The translations under genes and the position numbers were made by a program. Under the pieces are notes generated by a model. That model ran no database searches and had not been told where the DNA came from. It was given only the letters and a program-made list of their open reading frames with translations. Source: Nageia nagi (Eukaryota > Plantae > Pinophyta). Taken from it: 64,000 bases of DNA. The stretch spans positions 10,168,001 to 10,232,000 of the forward strand of contig JBITNC010000002.1 of NCBI GenBank assembly GCA_050084985.1, read 5' to 3'. The first letter of the stretch is position 1. The number at the start of each line of letters is the position of its first letter. This document shows, one piece after another, positions 29,001-42,192 of the stretch.

Positions 29001-30422
29001 TAGGTTCATGGATGCCATGGATTCTTTAGGGTCACTCATTCCACTTAATCCTCATTTTCATATCCAACACATAGAAGTTGTGATTATCAAGGATTCATCA
29101 CTCAATTTATCATTGCTCTCTCCTCTCACTGAAGCTAGTATTAATAAGATTTCAATCGAGTCTCGAGACTTATGGTACAAGTTACTTCATGAGTACCTCA
29201 AGTGAAATGCCCTTCCTCTTGACATGTTAGAGAAGTGAGTTTTTAAACATCAAGCCATTCGGTATGCATTTTTTTAGGATGTCCTCTATAAGCAATCCTT
29301 CGATGGAGTCCTCCTTTGTTGTCTTGAGCATTTTGACCAATAGATTGCCATATTGAAATATCATGATGGCATTTGTGGTGGACACTTTAACGACACTATT
29401 ATCTCTAAATACATCCTACGAATGGGTTATTATTGGTCCATAATGGATTGTGATTACAATGAATATATCAAGAAGTGCATTAAGTATTAGCATGCTCATC
29501 TTCAGCATATCCCATCTCAGCCTCTCCAACCTATCCAGGCCATGTGGCCTTTCACCCAATGGGGTATCGATATTATTTATCATTTTGTGTCTCCTTCATC
29601 TGGCAATCATAAGTTCATTATCATTATCACTAAGTACCTTACCAAGTAGGTCAATGCGGTTCCTCTAGTCTCTACTATAGGTCTAAAGATTGCATATTTT
29701 ATAGAGACTCATATCATATTTTGATTTGGTATTCCTACTAGGACCATTACTAATAATGGTCCTAGTTTTAAGAATCAACATGCGAGGAGAATGTGCAATG
29801 GATATCAAAATAAACAATCATTATCCATGCTTTATTACCCATAGGGTAATGGTCAAATCAAAGCAACTAATTAGATGATTTTTATGATTCTAAAGAAAAT
29901 GGTCAATGATAATCATCATAATTGGTACAATTTTCTCTTGTATGCTTTGTAGGCATATAGCACTAGCATTCAGATGCCCACATGTGCTACTCCTTTCTCC
30001 TTTATCTACGATGCTGAGGTTTTCATGCCTCTTGATCTTTAGATCCCCTCCTTTCATGTGTCACTCAAATACCTTATCCCTAATAAAGAGACATATAAGA
30101 CTTGACTAGGTCAACTTATTTTTCTTGATGAGAGATGTATCAATGTAATTGAGCATCAGAAGGTTTATCAAGAGTGTATCAAGCTAGCATTCAAAAAGAG
30201 AGTCCAACCTTGTGAGTTTCAAGTTGATGATCTTATTCTCAAAGAGAATCAACAGTAATCCTATCTTGAGCATCCTCTTAGAGATAAGTTTTTTCTAATT
30301 GGCTAGGCTCCTACGTTGTCAATCGCAAGATCGGTTTAAGTGTGTACCATCTTGTAGATTTAGAAGTACAAAAATAGCTTGAGGTTATCAATATTATTCA
30401 TCTTTATCCTTTCTACTCTTGA
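23072..30422 (+). pseudogene. Degenerate Ty3/gypsy Tat (Ogre-like) gag-pol, element B
   Basis: gag about 23.8-24.9 kb; protease KRVMIYKGSVINV...LGRSWI; G-patch-like QGYGLGKYKQG at 26559; RT FPLPNID, MDGFFGYNQI, MPFGL, YVDD; RNase H; second RNase H (YFDG, CTN...YEAL); integrase HDGICGGH, YYP*GNGQ. Many stops and frameshifts. The start is tentative. Confidence 0.92.
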
Positions 30423-32014
30423 TCTTTAGTTCCTATATTGTGTGTCCATCTTGTCATCTTTTATTTCGTGTTTCTTTTCTCATGTCATCTTGATCTTCCT
30501 CATCATTCCATACACATTGAGTTGGCGGGTGATACCTTACATGTAGTTATTCATTCTTTGCTTGGGTGTTTTATCACTTTGTGTCATTAATCCATTTGTT
30601 TCACTTTTATTGTATCCTTAGGAGTCAATACTATAGCCTATCCCTCCTTTCGCAATCATGCACTAGTGTGAACTACAGGATAGGATAGCATTCATTCATA
30701 TCCTAGCCATCATATATCATGTCATTCTTCATTTATGCATTTCTCACCATGTTTCATCACTTGCATTAATCATATTATTTGGTATCAATCTTGGTCCACC
30801 TCTAGGGTTGACCATTGTACATTATCCTTGAATCCCCAACAGAGCAAGCACAATCCTAAACATGCATGGAATTTGGTCCCTTATGTACCTAGATGATCCA
30901 ATATATTCATTTCTACTTATAGTGTTTCTTTGTATCATTGACATCATTGTATGTCCATTCGTTTCTTTTGTCATCTTGTCCCATCTGCAACTCCTGATAA
31001 GGATGTAAGCACTTGGGTTATAGCCACCTTGGGTTGCCTTTTTTCATTCCCTTGAGTTTGACTATAGGCTATGATTATCATGGTTTTTGAGGTATATCCT
31101 TATGCTATAGATGACTTGATGACATGTGACATCCTTTGATGCCACATCATTGTTTCATCACTTAGCCCTTTCTATCATTTTTATCGTTAGTGTTTTCATG
31201 CCTTATCATTTTTTATTTTTCATATTACAGTATTTGGACACTTTATTTATCATAGGTCTTCATGTTGATTATCTTTGTTTTGACTCTTTTATCTATTTTG
31301 ATGCTTTCCTTAAGCCATTTCTTAACCTTATGCGATGCCTCAGAAAGCATGCATGTTACACATTTATTTCTGACCCATTTTCTAAATTTAACCTTTTATT
31401 ATCTTTTTATATCATTTTGAGTCACCTCATTCAGTTTCATCGAATTTTAAAGTTGTTTGTTAGTGTTTCAAATTTTAGGGATGCAGGTCCTAAAGTTCGA
31501 CCCTATAAAAATTACCTTTTTGATATATCTTTTTGAAGTGTTGAATGATGTTCATTCTTAGTTATTTATTTTTCTATTTCTTCATTGATATAAACATGAT
31601 CATCATGTCAAATTTCAGGCCCATAGCTCACCATTTTATGCCTTTTTGAAAGCCAAATCAAGGGCTACATGGAATGGCACCCTTTCAGTGTCCGCTAAAG
31701 GATGTCGTAACTTGATATGTTGTATCCTATTTGGGCTTCGTAAATAGATCAAACGAACTCTATTTTTCAATACGTTTGATCCTACACTTAGATTGAATTA
31801 CCTAGAATCATATTTCCAAATCTATTTAGAACTCGGACATGATGGTCACTTAATACCGTTCATCAAAGTTCATCTTTTTCCACTTATTTACTTTACAAAA
31901 TTTTGTTAAAATCTTATTCTAGGCTAATTTGTGATGTCATTTTTGTGTTAATTTGAGTGTGTTTATCTTATTATCATTACATGACATGTTTGATAATGTT
32001 TATGGTCCGATCAT

Positions 32015-32262
32015 ACACCAATTTGTGGAGTAAAGTTATGCTATAGGATAGTGCTTAGGAGTTAAGATTAGGAGGATTGTAAGAGAGTTGTATTTGTGAT
32101 TGAAGTAAAGATCTAGTTAGTGGATGTACTCCTAGTTGGAGGAACCACTTACATCTTGTGTTGTGTTGTGAGATTGCTTTGTGAGTTTGTTAGATGTGAA
32201 TTGTGAGCTTTCATGTGATCTTGGGAGTTTAGATTTATTCATGTTATAGTTCAATTCTCTCA
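32015..32262 (+). repeat. Isolated Copia LTR fragment
   Basis: Reverse complement of about 21028-21275, e.g. agatctagttagtggatgtactcctagttggaggaaccacttacatcttgtg. Confidence 0.9.
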
Positions 32263-32679
32263 CCCTGCGCTCCTCCCGAGGGTTGGGCCACCCTGACGGC
32301 ACTCATCCCCGATGAGCGTCATGTCATGGATCCCGTGTGATAGTCCTAGTAGATCAGTTATTGCTTACAGAATGTATGCTCCTCTAGGATGTAGTAGTGT
32401 GAATTTGCATCCTACTCCTTGAGTGCATCTGCCCTCCTGATGGTAGCTTTAATGCCATGATCCCTATCGTAAATAGCTGACCTTGGAACACCAACACCCT
32501 ACGACCTTTCATTGCAATCCCTCAACCACTAGCTAGTGTTGAAGCTAAGTTACTACTACCTCCTTGATCTTCATGCTTGCCTCAACTCATGCAGCACATT
32601 CTTGCATTTGTTGTATCATCACTAAAAGTTATATCAATCATCGAATCTCATATTATGTTTTCTATAGTTTTGCCTTCAC

Positions 32680-35600
32680 TGTAGACACCTAAAAATTATT
32701 CATTTATCTAGCTTAGGCGATTCATGATGATTTGGATTATCTTGCAGCTCATCATAATCATATCATCCTTTCATCTCATCTCAACCCCATTCGCATGGTT
32801 GATTTTGGTAACTTGACCCTTTTGTTACCACCTAGTTAACTTGAACCCTAATCAAACTACCAGTTAGGAGATCGATTGACCAGTGAGGTTAAAACCTTAA
32901 CCATCCCATCATCTAGCCACATATAAAATTCAATTCAAAATTAGCTTTTCCCACCTCATCATTCACTTTTACACAATGGATATTCATGAGCTTTTGTTGT
33001 CCTACATACCGTAGACTATGTACTTGAACCTTTCAACTGCCTACCTTCCACTTTGAGCTACATCCATCATCCCAAGGCATTCAAAAGGTGATTCTTATCT
33101 TCATCTTGCAAAGGACATTGGGTAACTCTTGTGGATTTGGTTTTTGTGGTACTAATCTCTAAAGAGGACATCTAAGAGCACATATCATATATCCTTTTGG
33201 GTTTATCATTACCATATTGGTTCATGGTTACATATTAGTATTTTCTAGGCTAGTCAATTGCAGACTTAGGCTAGAATAGGTTATGTTCATTTTATTCATA
33301 GTTAGTCCATTTTAGCCTTATGTTAGTTTGCATTTTAGGCATTATGTTATCTTGTAGTGCCTTGTTTATTCGATGTTTAAAGGCTTACAAGCTACTTAGT
33401 TATCTTTGCATGATTCTAGGGTCTTAAGGAACTAGAACTTAAAATTCTCCTCTTATTTTCTTATTTTACAGGTTATATGGAGTCTTGGGTATTGTATTAA
33501 AGAGGAAAAATTATAAAACCTATTTTTACTTCATTTTATCATCATTATTTAATCATGTTTCAAGCAATATTTTAGATATTGCAGTGTGGGTATTTCTAAA
33601 AGGGATAGACCCTAGGTGTGGGGTCTCCGTAGCTTTCCCCTTTTTGGAAGCTTATATACACCCCATCTCTATACTAGATAGTTGCATCCCTCTCCATAAC
33701 CACAACATCCCTCTCTCCTCATAGAATATCTCACTCTACAATCACAATATCATGCTCCTGATAAGCAATATCCCTCTCCGTCCTAGCCACATCTTTATCC
33801 ACCATGGTCATGTCACACTCCTAGATAAGTTGTGTATCATGTGCCTCCTATCTCTCAATCATGATATCAATCCACTAGTCAAAATCAAGACCCCCAATGT
33901 CCCCTCCTATCTCTCCTATGTCTCCCTAGGCTAGGTGTTATCCTATTGGCTCTCCTACTGCAAGTGCTTCTATTTTTGTTATCATTGGTGGTGTTGGTGG
34001 TAGTGTTTCCTCACCCCCTACTAGAGATACATGTAATCTCCCACTTATGTATACCCTCTCCTATTATGGATCCACATGCTTGTAAAGCTCTGGCTCAATA
34101 GTACATCTTGTTGTACTTTGAACTCCCTAGTCACTCTCTCATATCGAATGACCTCGATGTATCAAGGCCTCTTTCCATGTATATCATGGGATCATTGCAT
34201 GTGAGCCAGCTATTCAACCTAGTTCACCCAATCTAGTGCCCTCCTCCAAGGTCTATAAATAATATCCTCTAGATGTAGGTTTGCCTTGCCATAAGCACCT
34301 CTATATCTGCAACCTTGATGTTATGTATATCATATGGCATGTTGTGGGGTTGTGATACCCACATATGCTCCCATGCCTAGATTTATATTAGTAGGGATGT
34401 AGTAAGTCCCACTCTACCTCTCTCCCTGTATGCTAGTTATCAGTATGTCTATTGCAGTATCGTGGGGGGGCAGGCATAGATAATACCCTCCTCCATGATG
34501 TCTCTAACAACATCCAATAAGTTCTAAGGGAACCTATTATCGTGAATTTCTATAAGTAAGAAACTATTAATGATGGTCATAACAATTACCACCTATGGAC
34601 TCAACAATTTATTATCATATGCAATGGCATAATCGACCCCTTTGTGGCTTGTGTCAATGGCTTACCACCCATCCCCAAACATTCTTTGCATTGCCCCGCT
34701 CTTGGAGGGGCCTCTGTGATCATCATGCTCTTGATGGACACCTAAAATATTCATTATATGTCCTCCAAGGTAATAGTCATTTTCCCTATTGAGAAATGAA
34801 ATTTGTTACGTTGTGCATCCCAACTCTTCACCAATGTCCATTTATAGGTCTGATCGATGATGATCACTTGTAGCCAAGTAGCCCTAGCTAGTCTGATTTC
34901 CTCTAGCTAGATCCATTTTTCCTCATTCAATACCCTATGCACATTGCTCAGGATCGACCTGAACTTGTACCAAGTCTTCACCCAACACCATTCCAAGCAA
35001 CTATTGTATCAGTCTTCCTAATCAAAGTTAATGTGTCTTTATCTTATTAAATTAGTCCTCTTGCTCTTAAATCATTCTTGGATTTATGATCTGTCCTACT
35101 TCATGTTAACTTGTTCGATCTCTAATGTGTCATGTCTAGGTCCTATCTTTGTGTCTTTTTTAAAATTTGTTAGTGTCATTTTATAAATTTTATCCATTTT
35201 ATCTAGTTTATTTAATCAATCTACAACATGTCAATTAGGGTTTCCTAACAAGTTCCTTGTAGACTGGTTAGAAGACTTATTGGGTGGTTGGCTAACTGAC
35301 CCATCAGTCCTAAGTTACATCAGTTGATATCTAATCGATGGGGTGCATGTTGACCCTTAAATCAGGACCAATTTGCATCCCATCGAATAGCAAAGCTAAA
35401 TAGGGATGATAAAACTTGCATCTTGAAACCTCAACTTGTAAAATACTAAAAAAATAAGCATTAAAATCAAAATCTAATCCGATACAAAGGTTCTAAACTT
35501 GTTTAGTCTCCTATTTTAAAAGAAATTTGATGCCCTAATTTTTGAGTTTGTCATATGGTTTTTATCAATTCAAGCTAATTTTAACCATTAAATTCAAAAA

Positions 35601-38500
35601 TAAATTTCATTTTCATCGCTAAACTATGTATGAGCTAAAGCACTTATAGGCAGCTATTTTGCACATCAAAGGGCTTGACCTTGGTTGCTAGGGTTGTACT
35701 TATGATTGCATCTTTATCTGACAGCTAGACTCAAATCTAGAGGGTGCATCTTTGCTTCTCTTCCTGAATATTTCAGGGCTTCAATCATATTAGAGGAGGA
35801 ATCAATCTGATGCAAACTAACAAGTAGCACTTCCCATCGTAAATCAAGAGTTTTGTGGTCTGCTCAGCAAGGTTGGCACAGGGGTAGATCAAGGACCATA
35901 TGTGAACATAAGAGGTGCACTTTCTCTAGCAAATTTTGTTGAAGGCTCTATGTTGTTTTACATTGAGATCATTTCTATACTACAATCTCCATAGTAGATC
36001 CATTTAGGAGTTTTAGACTTTGAAATTTTATGTAGAAGGGTTTTGGAATGTAATTGGAATTTGGTTTGTGGATTGCAAAGAATTTCTCAAACATTCTGAA
36101 CTATACAAAATAAATAGGGAAAGGATGAAAAGGTTTCAAATTTATTTTTTACAGGTTCAATTATTGTATAAAAAACTCATTCAATTTACCCTTACCAAGA
36201 AACAAAATTATGTGAGCTAATTAAATACACTTTCAAAATTGAAAATGGGTGAGTTTTTTAGCTACATACCTACTTATGCATGCGATCGTCTCCTCCTCTG
36301 GATGGACCACATGGTGGGTCATGTCTTGCTCCTGCAACAGCTACCATCTCTCCTCTCTACTTTGATCACTCCCGAGCTCACAAAAATGACAAAATATCCC
36401 CTTAGTCAGAGTTCAAATATCACGATGACAAGTGTACAAATGATAAAAATTAGTTAAATTTTTTATTTTTAACCCGTCATCCTCCAAACTGACCAATCGA
36501 TTAGTCATCCAATCTATCAATTCATTTAATGTCTCTTTATTTGTTCCTCTTAATGTCATGTTAGTTAGACCTAATTGGCCTACAACAGATTGGTTAGATT
36601 TGACTTTATTATTTTTCCCCTTTTCTTGTCATTCCACTCAACCTTTCTCATTCATCGATAGGTAAGATGGTTTTGGCCCTTTCCTGTACCTCATCCCATC
36701 TTCTTGCTCAAGGGGGATGTAATCACTTAACCTTTCCATGTTCTCGATCATCATCATCCTATCAAGCACCTCCATAGGTATGATTAACTTTTCACAAAAT
36801 TAGCATTCTAGTCTTGCATTTTTGCTTATAAATTTTTATCATTTTAGCATATTTATCATTCAACATGGCACTTTATTCAGGCATGCATGCCTACACACTA
36901 TGATTAAAATCTTGGTAGGTCTATGATCCTACACTTAATCATTTGACACAATTGTGTCATTATCACTCTTACCCCTAAACTGTTGGGGCAAAGCAAAGTC
37001 GTTGATCATTTCACCCATTGACTATTGGGGCAAAGGAGAATCATTTTATCCTTCAACTTTTGGGGTAAAGTAGAGATCATTTTCTTTTGTTATTTAGTTT
37101 CTTATCACGACTACATCCCCTTTCAACATGAATGTATCACATCATTATTTGGTATATCTTTTAGTTCTATTTTATGATCATTTACCTTTTAGCACTTGTA
37201 TTGGTGTGATTGCATCGTTATCACATCATATTTTTCCTAGTACCAATGGTTACGACATGAAAGTGTTAGCACTATGAGGTGTTATATCCATAGGTACTCC
37301 TTAACACGATTGTGTTGTTTGTATGATAGCCCATTATCTTACGATACAAACTAATTATAGTATGACAATGTTGGCATCATGAGGTGTTATAACAATATGT
37401 ACCCTTGGCATGACTACATCGATCCTATCATCATATCACCAGACCAATATCACATCGCACATACTTCACTTATTTTTGTACTGTATTTCATATCTCATAT
37501 CGATACAAAAAAGGGCATCTGTAAACAACTAAAAATTATTCGCTCACCTAGCTTAGGTGACTCACGATGATTTAACCAGTCTTGCAACTTATCATGATCA
37601 TATCAGTTCATCAACCTAGCTCGATAGCATTTACATAATCATTTTTGGTAACTTAGCCCTTTGTTACCATCTAGTCAACCCTAACCAGCCTATTGGTTAA
37701 GGGATCAATTGATTGGGTGGGTTAAAACCCTAACCAATCCATTAGTTGGTCACTATCAAAATAAAAAGGTCAATTTCAAATCATTTCACAACAACATTGA
37801 TGGATATCTCATGAGTTATTGCATATTCAACACTCTCCCTATTGTGTGCACAAACATTTACAGCTTGGTATCTTCCATGTGAGCTCAACCCATCACTTCC
37901 AAAGCAAAAAGGCGATTCTTGTCCTCATCTTGCAAAGGAATCTTGGATAAATGCATGTGATTTGGATTTTTTTTTGGGATTAACATTGTTCCAAGTATTT
38001 TTGTTGGCCTTGGAGGTCACACAAGAGCATCAAATCATATCCTTTTAGTCATTTTCTAACTCACTTGTGTAAGGTTGCATTTTAATATTTCTAAGCTTGT
38101 CTCTTATAAACTTAGGCTAGAATAGTTTAATTTGTTTTAATCACTAGAAAAATCATTTTGGGTTTATGTTAGCTTGCATTGTAGGCATTGAGCTATTTTT
38201 TGAGTGCCTTGTTGACTCAAGGCTTAGATGTTTACAAGCAAACAAGTCACATCTTGCTTGGTTCTAGGGTCTTAAAAAACTAGAACTTAGAAACCTCCAT
38301 CAATCTTTATTTTGCATCTCATTTGATGTTTTGGGTACATCATAAAAGGAAAAATCTCTAAAACCTATCCCCATTTTCGTCTTGTTATCATTGTCTTATC
38401 ATATGCAAGCAATATTTTAGATATTGCAAAGTGGGCATCCAAAGGCCCTTGGGTTTCTCACGTTTTCTTGTGTTTAAGCTCAAGGTGTGGGGTCTTGTGG
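32680..38500 (+). mobile_element. Non-coding LTR element C, related to element A
   Basis: Diverged direct repeats start at 32680 (TGTAGACACC) and 37520 (TGTAAACAAC, after PPT AAAAAAGGG). LTR motifs and 3' hairpin/GGGGCAAAG motifs are shared with element A. No gag-pol, clear PBS or TSD was seen. Confidence 0.7.
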
Positions 38501-38558
38501 GAAGCCTTTAGTATGTGGTGAGTCTTGGATAGCCATAGGCTATCAGACTTTACATATC

Positions 38559-39163
38559 ACTTAGATTACTCTTGATATTTGGAATTTTTAATTATTTCTT
38601 CTAGATACCATAAATACGATTTTACGATAAGTAGAAAATCATTTTTAAGTGTTTACAATTTGCCCTCCTTTGGGTGTATAATAATGAAAATTATAATTGC
38701 ATATCCAAATAATTATATTGATAAGAAGGAAGAAATGCATAACAAGAAATTGTAGTTGTGTTTGATGCTCCTTCAATGCCCTCTTTTTGGCTTGATTACC
38801 CCATGACGAATCGATCTCCAAATCTGATCACCTAAGTGTACTAGAAGAATAACATCAATGTCTCTACCTTCTAATACCATCGATGCTTCTGATTTTTAAA
38901 TATATTACAATCAAACAAGAACAATTCAATCATATGCAAATAGTATTAACAGATATTTGAATAGGTGGTGTCAAAAGACACCATTTGGATGATAATATGC
39001 TCTCAATATGATAAGGACATGATCATGATCTTATATGTAATGTTATGCCTTGCTCCCCCATTTATACTTAGATTACTTTTGATATTTACACCTTTTAATT
39101 ATTTTTTCTAAATACCATAAATATGATTTTATGATAAATAGAAAATCATTTTTGGGTGTCTAC
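38559..39163 (-). mobile_element. Small minus-strand LTR-derived (TRIM-like) remnant
   Basis: About 100-bp direct repeats at 38559-38657 and 39066-39163 read TGTARACAC on the minus strand. A minus-strand PPT-like AAAGGAGGG precedes the inner copy. Confidence 0.55.
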
Positions 39164-40538
39164 ACAAACTAAATTAGAATTTAAGTCTAGGAAGTAGAAT
39201 TGTTGTTGGATTGAAAGATTTGTATGGTCTAGAAAATAAATGTAAAAATGCAAGACTTTGGAATTGGGACACAAAGAAAACTCTTATATCATGTCTCGTA
39301 ACCCCAATAATATTCTATGGTTTTGAGAATTGAAGTCGAAGCATTTCTCGACAAATATGAAATAAAATTGAGCAAAATCAAAAATAATTCACCATTTATA
39401 ACTTCAAAATTAAAAACAACATGCAATACCCAAACCTTTTCATGGAAGTCAGTTTACTTGCTATTGAAAATGAAGCTTTAAGACAACATATTTTATACAA
39501 TTATAAACTAACAAGGATATATTCTCTTAAGCTCCATGTAGTTGCCCAACAAAGTTTTGTAATTTGTTAATATTTTAAAAGAGGTTAGCTAAAATAGTTT
39601 GACAAATGGCTTGATTTTTGGGGTATACACATTATCATAACCCCTTCAAATAGTAATAAAAAACTAACTTACTATAATCATTAATCCAAACTTTAACATC
39701 CATCATGTACACATAGAATTGTTAGTCTCAAAAAGAAACTTGTGATCAAAAAATCAAGAACAAATCCACACAAATTGCATAGTAAAACTAGTAGATGGAC
39801 AACACCTAAAACACCTTGAAATAAAAGAACTTGTAAGCTTTGTAACATAAATGTCATAGATGATGAGACTTATTTTTATCTTATTTTGTAACATAAATGA
39901 TTTTTTATTATATAACTTAATTCTATTAGAAATAAGCATTCAAATATATAATTGATTTACATTTATTTTTTAACAGACTTTGATAAATCTTACAAACTCT
40001 TGAATTTAAAAGAGTGTTAAAAGGTTAATCTTATAAATTAGAAAAATACTAAAGCTATAAACATAATTATGCGAGAGACGTTCTTCAATGGTAGACAAGG
40101 GAGAAGGCAAGGACTCAAATGTCCAATTATCAAACATTTTTAAAACTAATTTAGTCGACTTATTAGCTTAAGAAAAAATAATTGAAACATTTAAATAAAT
40201 AATTAAATATTTTTAAAAAATAATAAAAATGAGCTAACATTAAAAAATCAATCCACAACTCTTTTTGATATTTAATTTTTATTTCATATTTAATTGTTGT
40301 TATAGAATATTAATTTTTTATAAATTATATTTATTACATTTTTATTTAATAATATTTCATATAAAATATAAAGATATTTAAGATACATACTTTTAAAATA
40401 ATAATTTTAAACATCTTGTAAATATATATTTAAGATATCTAAACTAATAATAATAAAATTATATCAAAAATACATTAAAAATATTTGTTTGGTACAACAA
40501 TGTTTCTTGTCTCATTGATGATTTTGCATTATTTCACC

Positions 40539-40795
40539 TCAATTCACATGGGTTGGATCATGCTTCTAGTTAGAAAATAGTTATTTTATTAGTTTTTATC
40601 TTCAAACATAGATGTAAAAACACTTAATCCTTCTTTATTCCTTCAAGAAATGATGGCTTGTATTATTTCAAGCATCAATTCACACGGATTGGATCATGAT
40701 TCTAATTAGAAAATGTTTGTTTTATCACTTCGAATTGTCAATGGTAGATGTAAAATAATTAATATATGATACCATTCTTTATTCCTTCAAGGAAT
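40539..40795. repeat. Diverged ~135-bp tandem duplication
   Basis: caattcaca.gg.ttggatcatg.ttcta.ttagaaaat...ttattccttcaag occurs twice. Confidence 0.8.
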
Positions 40796-40858
40796 AATTA
40801 ATATGTACTATCCCAACACCATGGTGAGAATCATTAATTCTTCAAGTTTTTTATGTTT

Positions 40859-41336
40859 GGATTTGTCTAAACTATCACAAAAATGATCCTCTCTTGTCAT
40901 ACCAGTGTCAAATTGGTGTCATTCCCGAGAACATAACGATGGTGGGGTCCACTTGTTTTTTCCGATAGCAAGTAGTAAACGCTTGGTATTTATGTACAAG
41001 AATAGTTACCAATTTAAATAGAATTAGATGTATTTCATCATCCATGGTATGGTATGATGGTAAAAACAATGGATCTTAAATGTAGAGTCTTGACTTTGAA
41101 TCTTGAGAAGTCTTTTTTTACAAGTATGAAGGAATTTTTTTTCACATTTTTTTGCAGTAAACACATGACATTTATTGCATATGTAGTAAACACCTAATGT
41201 TTACTGCATGTTCATTATAATGATAAACACCTAGTATTTACTACATTTCCAATCATCGGAAAAAAAGTGAACACCACCATATTTTTGACACTATCAAACA
41301 TAGGAAAATTGATTTTGTGACACTATAGACCGGTCC
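40859..41336. mobile_element. Degenerate MITE with long terminal inverted repeats (Mutator-like)
   Basis: The left about 130 bp (gga...gtcta...tcacaaaa...agtgtcaaa...ttttttccgat...gtagtaaa) match the reverse complement of the right end. Non-coding, and no TSD is recognisable. Confidence 0.6.
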
Positions 41337-41794
41337 AATTTTTTAATACCAATTATAAAAATTAAAATTAAATAGAAACAAATTAATGATCCATAGTAAA
41401 CTAGTAATAGAAGTGTTGATGGACAGGTGATGAAAAAGCAAAACATTCAATATATTTTAACTTGAATAAAAACTTTTTTAGGGAAAAAACTATCATATAG
41501 CTAAGGGCAAAGCTATTTAAGAATGTTCAACTTGCAGGAGCGAAGTCAAAATTGGAGTGAAGTTAATAAAAAAACCCCATCTAATTATTGAAAATTACAG
41601 AGATCTGAGACTCAGAACAGCTATATATATTGTTCTTCACCATCCCTCGTAAAGCACATTTTCTAATTTTCACAAAGCATCGGCTATAAGATTGGTTTCA
41701 TCCAATAGTCCAGAGTAATTATTCGATTAAACTTAGAAATATGAGCTGAGGAGAGTTTGCCTAGGATGTCCATGATGATACAACTCTAGTTCAA

Positions 41795-41888
41795 CATCAA
41801 ATAAAGTTTATTTGTTTCTGTAATACACAGCTGTAAAAGATCATCAAATAAAGTTTATTTGTTTCTGCAATACACAGCTATAAAAGAT
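41795..41888. repeat. 47-bp tandem duplication (2 mismatches)
   Basis: catcaaataaagtttatttgtttctgYaatacacagctRtaaaagat x2. Confidence 0.95.
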
Positions 41889-42192
41889 CTTTTGTTTATT
41901 AAAAAAGAGTTCATTAAGCTAAATGATTTATTTAACCAGCATAACATCTTCCATTCACTATTGAATGGAAATCCTCCCAATGGTATAGATCCTAGCGATC
42001 CACTCTCTCTCTGGTCAATGAGTATGACTGAATTAAAATCGGCAAAACTTATAAAGCTAATGATCCTCTGCTAATTTGGAATTGCTGTTAAACAACTTTC
42101 TCGAAACATCGCCATTGCATCCAGGAAGATCTGTATACCAGTGAGCAGTACATGCAACCTTTAATGTCGGCCACTGGCCCCCCACTGTTGCA

